From contig CAVRYE010000005.1 of assembly GCA_963725355.1 (NCBI GenBank), positions 89,103 to 153,102 of the forward strand: DNA of 64,000 bases, read 5' to 3'. This DNA comes from an uncultured Acidimicrobiaceae bacterium. GTDB taxonomy: Bacteria; Actinomycetota; Acidimicrobiia; Acidimicrobiales; Bog-793. Both the position numbers and the translations under genes were made by a program. Position 1 is the stretch's first letter; each line of letters starts with the position of its first letter. This document shows positions 36,665-45,971 of the stretch, in pieces. The notes beneath the pieces were generated by a model. That model saw only the letters and a list, made by a program, of their open reading frames with translations. It had not been told where the DNA came from and did no database searches.

Positions 36665-39418
36665 TCAGTTGGGCCTTCTCTTAAGACGAGGCCGGGTGGT
36701 CTCCTCGACGAGGTAGACGATCGACTCGAAATTGGCACCGGAACGTTCGCTGAGGCCGATCTCGCAGGTGCGCGCGAGCGAGTAGTAGCCATCGAAAACT
36801 CGCCCTGCTAGCTCCTCCTGCTCGTCGCGCTGGGCGCCGTCGCTGAGCTCTGGGTAGATGAAGCCGCGGTCACCTGCGACACCGCAGCAGCCCCACGACA
36901 GCGCCGTGAAAACCTCGCCCGCACAGGTTCTTGCCAGTTCGACAAGCTGGCCGTCTGTGCCAAGCTCGACCGAGGCGCATGTCGGATGCAGGGCGACACT
37001 CGCCTTGGGCTCGGTGACCTCGAGCCTGGTAAGGACGTCGCTCGCAAGCCAAGGCACGATGTCGACGACGGCTATCTGCTCAAACAGGCCAGCGTTCTTC
37101 TCGCTCAGGTAAGGGGCCACCTCGCGCAAAACCGTCTTCGTGCACGAGGCGACGTCGCACACGACCTTTACTCGGCCTTGGTCGCTCCAGTCCCACATCG
37201 CCTCGACGAGACGGTTGGCCATGTGCCGGCGCCCGGCGCTGTAGCCCCGGTGCCCCCAGATCTGCCCACAGCAGACTCCGGCCACCGACTCGGGAAGGCG
37301 CAACCTTACGTGCGCCCGGTCAGCGAGGGTCAAGACGGTCTCGGCGACCGAGGCCTTGTCGAGGTTCGACGATCCCATGATCCTCGTGACACAGGCCGGG
37401 AAGAAGACGGCCTCGGGGTCGTTCTCGACGCGGAACACCGGTGCGGGACCTGGCCCAATCGAACGCGACCAGACAGGCGAGTATGGGATCAGGCGATGCA
37501 CGGCTCTCGTCAGGGCCTCCAAGCTGTGTTGCCGGTTAACGAGCACGCCAAGACTTACCCCTCTCCTCGCCAGCTTCTCGACCTCGGTGAAGCGACGCGC
37601 CAAGGCCAAGGCGACGGAGCTCTCGAGGCGACTATTGGCCTCCTCGCGCAATTCGGCCGTGTAGTCGGCGACGTCGATCCCGACCGGGCACTGGGTGGCG
37701 CACATCCCGTCGGCGGCACAGGTGTTGATCCCTTCGTGGCGGTACTCCTGCCACAGCTGGGATGCCGCCAGTGTCTCACCTCGCGCGAGCAGCTCAAAGT
37801 GCTTGCGAGAGGCCTGGATCCGCCCCCGAGGCGTCATGGTGACAAGACGGCTCGGGCAGACGTGCTCGCAGAATCCACACTCGGTGCACCTGTCTATGAG
37901 CGAGGAGACCGAAGGGGTGCGCTTGATGTTCTTGCTCAAAACATCAGGATCCGCATTGATGAGCACACCTGGGTTGAGCAAGCCGTCGGGATCGAGGAGC
38001 TCCTTTATCCTCTTCATGATCGCGTAGGCCTTGTCGCCCCATTCCCGCGACACAAAGGGGGCGATCGCCCGGCCGGTTCCGTGCTCAGCCTTCAAAGAAC
38101 CATCTAGCTCGTTGACGCAAAGCGTCACGGCGTCTCGCATGAAAGCGGTGTATCGATCGACTTCGCGCTGTTGGGTGAAGTCTGCCGTGAGCATGAAATG
38201 GACATTGCCGGCACTGGCATGGCCGAACTGGACGCCCTGTCCCTCCCCTGTGTACCCGTGCCTTTCGAACAAGGCCTTCAGGCCTTTGAGCAAAGCCGCG
38301 AACCGTTCGAGGGGAACGGCCATGTCCTCGAGCACGACAGTCGTCCCCGGCGTGCGGTCGCCGCCGACGAGGGCGAAAAGGTCCTCCCGGATGCGCCAGA
38401 GTCTCCCGTGCTCTTCGTCAGTCGCGGTGAACTCGCTCATGGCGATGAGGCCTGACAAGGCCTCAAGCCTCGGGAGAGCCCTCGTCGTCGCGGCCCGCAC
38501 GCTATCGACGCTCGGGCGCTGGTAGTCGATGAGCAGGGCTGCCGAACCCTCGGGCCGACTCGCCAGGAACCCAGGCAATCCACCGATGCCGGTGACGGCG
38601 CGCAGGGAGGTGTCATCAAGGAACTCGATCGCAGTGGCGCCGGTCTCCTCGACTGCGCGAACCGCGTCCGCCATCGAGTCGAGGTCGTCGAAGAGCAAAA
38701 GGGCGCTCGAACGCTCCCTGTCCGCGGGCACCGTGTTCAGCACTACCTCTGAGATGAAGCCAAGCGTCCCTTCCGAGCCGACGAGCAAGTGGGCGAGGAT
38801 GTCGAGCGGGTCCTCGTAGTCAACAAGGGCATTGATGGCATACCCGGTGACGCACTTGATCGAGTACTTCCTCTTGATCAGCGCGGTGAGCTCGGAATCG
38901 GCCCGCACCTCGTCGCGCAGGTGGGCGAGGCCTCTCGCAAGCTCTGGTCGCTCGCGCCCGAACCGCTCCGGCTCACGATCGGCCGCCGTGTCCCAGACGC
39001 TGGCATCGGCGAGCACGAACCTGATCGAGTCCATCGTGTTGTAGGCATTGAGCTTCACTCCGGTGATCATTCCGCTCGAGTTGTTGGCCAAAACCCCTCC
39101 GATGCGGGCAGCCCGCATGGAAGCCGGATCTGGTCCGATCCTGTATCCGTAAGGGGCGAGCACCCGGTTCACCATCTCCGCGGTCGGGCCCGGCTCGGAC
39201 CGCACCCGGGTGCCACCGTCGAGGACCTCAACTCGCGAGAAGCCAGTGCTTATGTCTGCAATGATCCCCTCGCCCACGCTCTGGCCGGAAAGGCTCGTGC
39301 CACCGGCACGGAAGGTGACAGGAAGCCCAAGGCGGCGGGCAGCAACCAGCAGTGCGCATGCCTCCGCCTCGCTGGTGAGGCGGACTACAGCCTTCGGGCG
39401 GTACTCGTAAAAACCCAC
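36665..39418 (-). CDS. fused FAD-linked oxidase / Fe-S / CCG-domain D-2-hydroxyacid (D-lactate-type) dehydrogenase, YdiJ-like
   Basis: 917 aa with FAD_binding_4-type RAGGTSLSGQS, two ferredoxin motifs (CTECGFCEHVCPS and CAADGMCATQCPVG) and two CCG motifs (GVCCGQIWG and WGCCGVAGDRG). Confidence 0.85.
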   Translation of the reverse strand: MGFYEYRPKAVVRLTSEAEACALLVAARRLGLPVTFRAGGTSLSGQSVGEGIIADISTGFSRVEVLDGGTRVRSEPGPTAEMVNRVLAPYGYRIGPDPASMRAARIGGVLANNSSGMITGVKLNAYNTMDSIRFVLADASVWDTAADREPERFGRERPELARGLAHLRDEVRADSELTALIKRKYSIKCVTGYAINALVDYEDPLDILAHLLVGSEGTLGFISEVVLNTVPADRERSSALLLFDDLDSMADAVRAVEETGATAIEFLDDTSLRAVTGIGGLPGFLASRPEGSAALLIDYQRPSVDSVRAATTRALPRLEALSGLIAMSEFTATDEEHGRLWRIREDLFALVGGDRTPGTTVVLEDMAVPLERFAALLKGLKALFERHGYTGEGQGVQFGHASAGNVHFMLTADFTQQREVDRYTAFMRDAVTLCVNELDGSLKAEHGTGRAIAPFVSREWGDKAYAIMKRIKELLDPDGLLNPGVLINADPDVLSKNIKRTPSVSSLIDRCTECGFCEHVCPSRLVTMTPRGRIQASRKHFELLARGETLAASQLWQEYRHEGINTCAADGMCATQCPVGIDVADYTAELREEANSRLESSVALALARRFTEVEKLARRGVSLGVLVNRQHSLEALTRAVHRLIPYSPVWSRSIGPGPAPVFRVENDPEAVFFPACVTRIMGSSNLDKASVAETVLTLADRAHVRLRLPESVAGVCCGQIWGHRGYSAGRRHMANRLVEAMWDWSDQGRVKVVCDVASCTKTVLREVAPYLSEKNAGLFEQIAVVDIVPWLASDVLTRLEVTEPKASVALHPTCASVELGTDGQLVELARTCAGEVFTALSWGCCGVAGDRGFIYPELSDGAQRDEQEELAGRVFDGYYSLARTCEIGLSERSGANFESIVYLVEETTRPRLKRRPN

Positions 39419-39518
39419 GCGTCGCGGGAATGGACGACAAGGGTCGTCACGGTGGTGTCGACACGTGTCATCGGGAGCAGCTCGGCCAGTCGCATACCGA
39501 TCGCGGCGCTCGTGGGGC

Positions 39519-40601
39519 TCAAGACAACGCTCGCCCTTCGATGATCACCTCGCCGATCTCGAGGTCCTCGCCGAGCACCGCCAGGCTGGCCGGGCCACCG
39601 AGGTGGATCTGGCCGAGGCCGTCGCTCCCCAACAGCCGCGCCGGGACCTCGCTGGCAGCCGCCAGCACCTCGGCGAGACCGACCCCTATCTCGACAAGGT
39701 GACGTACGCCGTCGAGGAGCCTCGCTGCCGAGCCGGCGATGGTCCCGTCCTCGCGACTGACGACGCCACCGCGGGCCACGACAGGCACCTCGCCGAAGAG
39801 AAACTCCCCGTCGCCAAGGCTCGAGGCGGCTGTGGCGTCGCTTACGAGGCTCCACCGGCCGCGAGCCGCTGTCACCACTAGACGGAGCATGTCGTCGGCG
39901 ACGTGCACCCCGTCAGCGATCACTTGCACCGTCACGGCCGGGTCCGCGAGGGCCGCGCCAGCGAGACCAGGAGCGCGGGCCGAAAGGGGACGCATGGCGT
40001 TGAAGATGTGGGTGACGGCCTGGCCACCATGGGAGAAGCCCTGACGCGCATGCTCCGCGTCGGCGTCGCTGTGGCCAAAAGAGACCACCACCTTGCGGCG
40101 CCGGCACTCCTCTATCAAAACCAATACGCCCGCTAGCTCCGGCGCGAGGGTCATCATCCTCACCGGGCCGGCGTCGAGCAGTGAGCCGAGCAGACTGAGG
40201 TCCGCGCCAGCCAGCCGCTCGACCGGGTGGGTCCCAGCGCGCAAAGGAGAAAGGAAAGGTCCCTCGAGATGGACTCCGAGGACGCGGGCGCCACGTGTCT
40301 CGCGACGGGAAAGCTCGGCGATCTTGCCAATCGCCTCCTGCGTGCCGGTGAGGTCGTTGCTAATAAGCGTCGGCAGATAAGAGAGCACCCCGTCACGAGC
40401 AAGGGCCGCGCCGGCCGAGGCGAGCTCCTCAATTGAGGCACCGAGGACGTCGATGCCGGCATAGCCGTTCACCTGCAGGTCGACGAACCCAGGAAAGCCG
40501 ACTCCTCCACGGCCCGGTTCAAGGCCGAGCGCCACGACTTGTCCGTCGGATACGGCGACATCACCAGGAACAAGCCGGCCTCGATGGAGGAAGGCGGCCA
40601 C
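39519..40601 (-). CDS. nagA: N-acetylglucosamine-6-phosphate deacetylase
   Basis: GFVDLQVNGYAGIDV, HLEGPFLSP, SFGHSDA and THIFNAM. GTG 40601 is a possible independent start, but the frame is open upstream into the MurQ C-terminus (see findings). Confidence 0.88.
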   Translation of the reverse strand: MAAFLHRGRLVPGDVAVSDGQVVALGLEPGRGGVGFPGFVDLQVNGYAGIDVLGASIEELASAGAALARDGVLSYLPTLISNDLTGTQEAIGKIAELSRRETRGARVLGVHLEGPFLSPLRAGTHPVERLAGADLSLLGSLLDAGPVRMMTLAPELAGVLVLIEECRRRKVVVSFGHSDADAEHARQGFSHGGQAVTHIFNAMRPLSARAPGLAGAALADPAVTVQVIADGVHVADDMLRLVVTAARGRWSLVSDATAASSLGDGEFLFGEVPVVARGGVVSREDGTIAGSAARLLDGVRHLVEIGVGLAEVLAAASEVPARLLGSDGLGQIHLGGPASLAVLGEDLEIGEVIIEGRALS

Positions 40602-40673
40602 TCCGAGGCGACGCTCTCGCCCCGAGCGTGTCGCCGGAGACCGGCGCGGGGACGGCTCTGTTCCCTGGGCCGT

Positions 40674-41583
40674 CTCGAGAGCGGCGCGCAGCCGGCCGCC
40701 CGAAGCGTCAAGGAGCTCGGCGGCCGCTTCTGGCGACAAGGACGAGGCTGCGACGATGCACGCCCGTTTTGTCTGCCAAGAACAGGCCTCGAGAGCCGAC
40801 CGGGCGCGCTCGAGAGAGGTCTTGGCGACGGCGGCGACGATCCGAGTTCGCGCGGTCGCGCAGCTTGTCATTAGTAGGCCGGACGTCGACCATGAGGTTC
40901 CCGTAGGTCTTCCCCAGCTGGATCATGACTCCCGTGGAGATGACGTTCAGCGTTATCTTCTGGGCCGTCCCGGCGTTCAGCCTCGTCGAGCCGGCGATGA
41001 GCTCGCCTCCGACAAGGAGCTCGACCGAGAGCTCTGCCGCCGCCGCGATGGGGCTGTCGGGGTTACAGGCGATGGCTACAGTCAGTGCGCCTAGGCGGCG
41101 GCCGTAGGCGATGGCCCCCACCACGAACGGTGTTCGACCGCTAGCCGAGATGCCGACCAAGCAGTCGCGCTCGGACAGGCCCAGCGCGGCTAGCTCGGCG
41201 ACCCCGGCCTCGTCGTCGTCCTCCGCGCCTTCGACGGAACCGACGACCGCCTCGCTCCCCCCGGCCAGCACAGCAGTGACGAGGCCGTTAGGCACGTCAA
41301 AGGTGGGTCCGGCCTCGGCCGCGTCGAGCACGCCCAGCCTGCCGGCGGTACCTGCTCCTAGGTATATCAACCTGCCGCCGTCGGCCATCCGACGAGCAAC
41401 AGCAGCTACGACGACGGCGATCTGACCGCTTGCCGCCACAACGGCGTCACATGCCCGGGTGGACTCCGAGGTCATAGTTGCGACGAGGTCTGGCACGTCC
41501 AAGACGTCGAGGTCGGACAGCTCGGCTCGCACGGTCTCGGTGTCGAGGGAGCCCGGATCCCCGCTCCGCGATGGCGTGCTCAC
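40674..41583 (-). pseudogene. murQ: N-acetylmuramic acid 6-phosphate etherase, frame-disrupted near 40842..40848, with no stop before nagA
   Basis: GTG 41583 (GTGA overlap with the upstream gene). GGRLIYLGAGTAGRLGVLDAAEAGPTF, GISASGRTPFV, GSTRLNAGTAQK and GKTYGNLMVDVRPTNDKLRDRA lie in one frame. The expected C-terminus RIVAAVAKTSLERARSALEA...LLDASGGRLRAALE lies in the nagA frame. Confidence 0.85.
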
Positions 41584-42662
41584 TTGATGGCCTCCCTCAC
41601 TAAGCGGTGTACCACTGCCCTCATCTCGGCTTGCTCGTCCAGGCGACGATGAGGGTGAATGGCGTTTGAGAGCAGGACGACGCCGAGGCCCAGGGGTCTT
41701 GAGACGAGCAAGGACGTCCCGGTGAAACCCGTATGCCACATTGTCTGGTCGGGCCAGGGCCCCCATTCTTCTGGGGCAAGACGCCAGCCGAGACCGCGGA
41801 TGTCTGGAGACCGGCCCGCCTGCGGTGTGGACACAGCTTCGAGCATGGCAGGCGTGAGAACCCGTCCGTCGGGATCGAGCAGGTGCCGGGTGAAGCCGAC
41901 AAGGTCCTCCAAAGGAGCAAAGAGCCCGGCGTGCCCGGCGACACCGCCGAGGGCATAGCAGTTCCCGTCGTGCACCTCGCCCCAAACAAGTCCGGGGACC
42001 AGCCGCTGGTCCCCGTCGAGCTCGGTGGCGGCCGTCTCCTCGTTCGGGCCGGGAAGAAACGCCGTCCGCTTCATCCCGAGCCGGTGGGCCACCTCGGTTG
42101 CAAAGATGTCCTCGAGCCGAGCCCCGACACAGGATTCGAGCACCCATCCAAGCAGCATGAAGTTGAGGTCGGAGTAGAGCACCTCGCCTGTGGGCGGGGA
42201 GGCCGCAGCCTCTTTCAGCACGGCGTCCTCGATGGCTGCACGACCGCTGAGGGACTCGAAGAATGGTCGGTGGGCGATGAGTCCCGAGGTGTGGGTGACT
42301 AGGTGTCGCAATGTCGTCTCGGAGCGGGCAAACTCCGGCAGCCAACGTTGCACGGGATCCTCGAGCGACAGCACCCCGCGTCCTTCGAGCACGAGAGCTG
42401 AGGTCACGCTGCACACGACCTTGGTCAGCGAAGCCAGGTCGTAAGCGGTGGTCTCGGTGATCGGGCGTGGTGACCCGATGCGGCACGCCATGCCCCCATA
42501 AGCAGCAAAGACGACCTCCCCGGCCTCGACGACCGCAAGAGAGAACCCCGAAGGAAAGCCGCCCGCAACCATGTCCTTGAGCGACGCCTCAAGAGGGCGA
42601 AAGTCATGCGAAGCAATGTTCGCGGTCACATGTATCAGCGCCCGGGGGCTCGGTGTGGTCAT
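41580..42662 (-). CDS. beta-lactamase-fold serine hydrolase (AmiE-like candidate MurNAc-L-Ala amidase)
   Basis: SxxK motif in DLASLTKVVCS, ~360 aa. ATGA overlap with the GNAT gene and GTGA overlap with murQ. Confidence 0.7.
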   Translation of the reverse strand: MTTPSPRALIHVTANIASHDFRPLEASLKDMVAGGFPSGFSLAVVEAGEVVFAAYGGMACRIGSPRPITETTAYDLASLTKVVCSVTSALVLEGRGVLSLEDPVQRWLPEFARSETTLRHLVTHTSGLIAHRPFFESLSGRAAIEDAVLKEAAASPPTGEVLYSDLNFMLLGWVLESCVGARLEDIFATEVAHRLGMKRTAFLPGPNEETAATELDGDQRLVPGLVWGEVHDGNCYALGGVAGHAGLFAPLEDLVGFTRHLLDPDGRVLTPAMLEAVSTPQAGRSPDIRGLGWRLAPEEWGPWPDQTMWHTGFTGTSLLVSRPLGLGVVLLSNAIHPHRRLDEQAEMRAVVHRLVREAIK

Positions 42663-43183
42663 GGCGAGATCTGGGCCGGCCGACACAAGCGGATCTCTTC
42701 GGCTCCGTAGTCTGGCTCGACGCGTCTTTGTCCGTCCGGGACGAAACCGAACCTCGAGTAGAAGCGGCGGGCGACCTTGTTCTCCTCGAAGACCCACAAG
42801 GTCACGCGACCGAGGTGACGCTGCTCCAACTCTTCGAGGGCTCGAAGGAGCAGGCTCCCCCCTATGCCGTGGTGCGACGCGCCCGGTGATACATAGAGCG
42901 AGAAAACGTGCCCGGCCGAAGCCTCATCCGGATCAGGACCGAAGCGGCAAAATCCCACAATCTGATCCTCGTCGCACTCGGCGACGACAGTGCCCGTCAG
43001 CGGTGAGGCCACGAGGGCGCTGAGCCAAGTCGTGATCCTCTTATCCTCCAGGCGCTCCAGCCTTTCCTCGGGGACGATGCCAGGGTAGGCATGCCGCCAC
43101 GCGGCGATGAAAACGGCTGCCAGCTTGTCGGCGTCGGCTGCTTCCGCCTTCCTCAGCCGTGCCCCACCCGCCTGGACTGTCAC
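42659..43183 (-). CDS. GNAT family N-acetyltransferase
   Basis: 174 aa with HHGIGGSLLLRALEEL and ARRFYSRFGFVPDG. Confidence 0.85.
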   Translation of the reverse strand: MTVQAGGARLRKAEAADADKLAAVFIAAWRHAYPGIVPEERLERLEDKRITTWLSALVASPLTGTVVAECDEDQIVGFCRFGPDPDEASAGHVFSLYVSPGASHHGIGGSLLLRALEELEQRHLGRVTLWVFEENKVARRFYSRFGFVPDGQRRVEPDYGAEEIRLCRPAQISP

Positions 43184-43307
43184 CGTCCGTCGGCGCGCCT
43201 ACGCGCCGGCCCCCACAGCGGATCGCCCACGGGACACTTCGGCTGCCCGCTGTCGTCCAGCGACACCCTTGCCTGGGTCACTCCTGGTTTTCTCTCTCTC
43301 GCCAACC

Positions 43308-43323
43308 TCTGTACTGGACCACT
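43308..43323. promoter_or_regulatory. candidate HutC/DasR-type (dre-like) operator in the divergent promoter region
   Basis: TCTGTACTGGACCACT matches 12/16 positions of the Streptomyces dre consensus ACTGGTCTAGACCACT (the right half GACCACT is perfect). It lies 55 nt upstream of the SBP ATG, next to a TATTTT -10-like hexamer (43343..43348). Confidence 0.3.
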
Positions 43324-43377
43324 TAACCTAACCGCAACGTGCTATTTTCGCCGCACCAACGACTTGGAGGTAGGTCC

Positions 43378-44928
43378 ATGGGGGCTAAGAACATCATTCG
43401 TAGTGTCACGCTGCTAGCCGCGAGCCTCGCGCTCGTAGGGGCTCTCTGTTCCTCAGTGGGCGCCGCCCCTCGCGTGCAGGCTCATCACAACTCATCGTCC
43501 GGCACCTTTGTCGTGGCGAGCACATCTGGAGTGCAAAAGCTCGACCCTGACATCGTGACGAACTTCATCGACTTCCAGGCGCTCGGGCTCGTCTACGACC
43601 AGCTCGTGCGCTACAGCAAGAACCTGCAGTTCCTCCCCGACTTGGCAACGAGCTGGAAGTTCTCCAACGGGAACAGAGCGATCACCTTCCAGCTGCGCCA
43701 GGGGGTCAAGTTCGACGACGGCTCGACTTTCACCTCGGCCAACGTGGTCGCCTCGATCAACCGGGTGCTCGCCCCGAAAACAGCCGACGCATCGGCCTCG
43801 TACCTCGCGGCGGTGAAGTCCGTCGTGCCTGAGGGGCCCTACGCCGTGAAGTTCGTCCTCAGCCACGCCGACTCGTCGATCCTGTCGGGACTGACCTCGG
43901 TGAACATCTCCATGCTGTCTACCAAGGCGATCGCGGCCGGCACCGTGGCGTCAAAGCCTGACGGCACGGGCCCGTTCATGTTCTCGAGCTGGAGCCCTGA
44001 CAACTACTTCGTCCTTAAGGCAAACCCGAACTACTGGGGTGGCAAGGTCAAGCTCGCCTCGGTGAGGATCGAGTCGATCCCGACCGAACAGTCCATATCA
44101 GCGGCCCTCCAGGCCAACACGGTGCAGCTCGGGCTTTTGACTAACCCCGAGATCGCCAAGACCCTGACCGGCTTCTCGGTACAAAAGGTCCTCGACCTGT
44201 CCTACCGGGCCCTCATGTTGCAGGACAAGACCGGGCCGTTGGCCAAGGTGAACAACCGGCGGGCGCTCGAGTGCGCCATCAACCGCTACCAGATCGTCGA
44301 CGACTCCGTTTTCGGACAGGGCCAGGTCGTGGGACCAGTGCCGATCGGGCCTTTTGCCTCCAAGCCAATCTCTGCCATTTGCCCCACACCGAACCTCGCC
44401 AAGGCGAGGAACTACCTCAAGGCCGCGGGTGACCCGAGCGGCTTCAGCTTCACCGCCATCACCTCGACCGACCTCGACCCGACGAGTGCCGCGCAGGCGA
44501 CGGCCGCCCAATCCGAGCTGGCAGCTGCCGGGATCACGATGAAGATCGAGAACCTCGCCGGCGACGCCTACATCCAGGACTGGCTAAAGGGTGACTTCCA
44601 GGCTGCCTTCGCCTGGAACGGCGCCGACCCGGACCCCTACACGATGTACGGCCGCTACTTCGGCCCCGGAGCCGACCTCGGTGTGCCCGCCGGGTATAGC
44701 TCGAAGTCGCTCCAGACACTGCTAGTCAACGGTGACGAGGCCTCATCGCCAGCTTTGCGCCAGGCCTACTACAGCGCCTTGTCTGCAAACCTCACCTCGA
44801 ACGCGGTCTGGGTCTGGCTCTTTACGAGCTACGACTACGCCGTGGTCGGACACCAGGTCGGTGGCTTCACGTTCCTGCCATCGCTGACTGACTCGCTTCA
44901 CACGTTGTCGCAGACGAGCGTTTCCTGA
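43378..44928 (+). CDS. ABC transporter substrate-binding protein, family 5 (peptide/opine/nickel type)
   Basis: GGAGG lies 8 nt upstream of ATG 43378. Signal peptide MGAKNIIRSVTLLAASLALVGALCSSVGA. ~515 aa of DppA/OppA/MppA-like sequence. Confidence 0.85.
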   Translation: MGAKNIIRSVTLLAASLALVGALCSSVGAAPRVQAHHNSSSGTFVVASTSGVQKLDPDIVTNFIDFQALGLVYDQLVRYSKNLQFLPDLATSWKFSNGNRAITFQLRQGVKFDDGSTFTSANVVASINRVLAPKTADASASYLAAVKSVVPEGPYAVKFVLSHADSSILSGLTSVNISMLSTKAIAAGTVASKPDGTGPFMFSSWSPDNYFVLKANPNYWGGKVKLASVRIESIPTEQSISAALQANTVQLGLLTNPEIAKTLTGFSVQKVLDLSYRALMLQDKTGPLAKVNNRRALECAINRYQIVDDSVFGQGQVVGPVPIGPFASKPISAICPTPNLAKARNYLKAAGDPSGFSFTAITSTDLDPTSAAQATAAQSELAAAGITMKIENLAGDAYIQDWLKGDFQAAFAWNGADPDPYTMYGRYFGPGADLGVPAGYSSKSLQTLLVNGDEASSPALRQAYYSALSANLTSNAVWVWLFTSYDYAVVGHQVGGFTFLPSLTDSLHTLSQTSVS

Positions 44929-44939
44929 GCACAGCAGTT

Positions 44940-45971
44940 TTGACTGACGGCGGACCCGCCGGTGCAAACGCACCGGCGGGTTCTCGCGTCAATTCCGAGA
45001 GCGGGGCGAAGAGCCTGCTGCTCGGGCTGACCCGTCGTCTTGCGACAATGCTCCTGACGCTTTTTGGCGTCTCGGTCATCATCTTCCTCGTCCTGCGACT
45101 CCTCCCGGGAAACGCCGTTACGAGCTCTCTCGGGGTGAGCGCCGGGCTGTTGAACCACGCCCAGATAGTCGCCCTAGATCGGTACTACGGCATCGGCGAG
45201 CCCGTCGTCGAGCAGTACACGTCCTGGCTCCATGCCATCTTGACCGGCAACCTCGGCGTCTCGCTCTCCTCGCGCACCTCTGTCGCCTCGCTAGTCGGAG
45301 CCGCTCTGCCGGTCACCTTCGAGCTCGCGATCGTCGCCATGGCGCTCGGGCTGCTCATCGGCGTCCTCTTCGGCGTCTTCGGGGCTCTTCGACCGGGCCG
45401 GGCCGTCGACCTTTCCGGCCAGGGTGTGTCGGTGATCGGTCTCGGCATCCCGAGCTTCATCATCGGGACCGGCATAGTGACGATGCTCTCTGCCGTCTTT
45501 CACTACTTTCCTTCCTCGGAGCCCTTCGCCTCGCTCACGAGCAATCCCTGGCTCAACTTCCAGCAGATCATCTTCCCCGCCTTTACCTTGAGCCTCGGCA
45601 TCGGGGCAGCGATCATGCGCACGGCCCGGGCCTCGGTGCTAGAGGTGACCGGGCAGAACTACGTGCGCACCGCCAGAGGAAAGGGCCTTTCCCGGCGCAG
45701 CGTGACATGGAAGCACATCTTCTTGAACGCCTTCATCCCCGTGCTCACGATGTCTGGCATTCAGCTCGGCTACCTGCTCGGTGGGACGGTGATCGTCGAG
45801 CAGATCTTCGTGCTCCCCGGGCTCGGCCGCCTCCTCGTGGAGTCGATCAACGACCGCGACTTCCCGGTCGTGCAGAGCGTCACGATCCTCTTCGCGGCGG
45901 GGTTCGTCTTGGTCAACATGATTGTCGACGTCCTCTATGCAGTGATCGACCCGAGGATCAGGAACCGATGA
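44940..45971 (+). CDS. ABC transporter permease (DppB/OppB-like)
   Basis: 343 aa, six hydrophobic segments, N-terminal RRLATMLLTLFGVSVIIFLVLRLLPGN. Confidence 0.85.
   Translation: MTDGGPAGANAPAGSRVNSESGAKSLLLGLTRRLATMLLTLFGVSVIIFLVLRLLPGNAVTSSLGVSAGLLNHAQIVALDRYYGIGEPVVEQYTSWLHAILTGNLGVSLSSRTSVASLVGAALPVTFELAIVAMALGLLIGVLFGVFGALRPGRAVDLSGQGVSVIGLGIPSFIIGTGIVTMLSAVFHYFPSSEPFASLTSNPWLNFQQIIFPAFTLSLGIGAAIMRTARASVLEVTGQNYVRTARGKGLSRRSVTWKHIFLNAFIPVLTMSGIQLGYLLGGTVIVEQIFVLPGLGRLLVESINDRDFPVVQSVTILFAAGFVLVNMIVDVLYAVIDPRIRNR

Noticed and set aside
40708-42486. The 592-aa track ORF read as one protein.
   Set aside because: Its first ~300 aa are an Arg/Pro-rich alternative frame of the serine-hydrolase gene. 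MurQ homology begins at GTG 41583 and its tail after ~40845 is out of frame.
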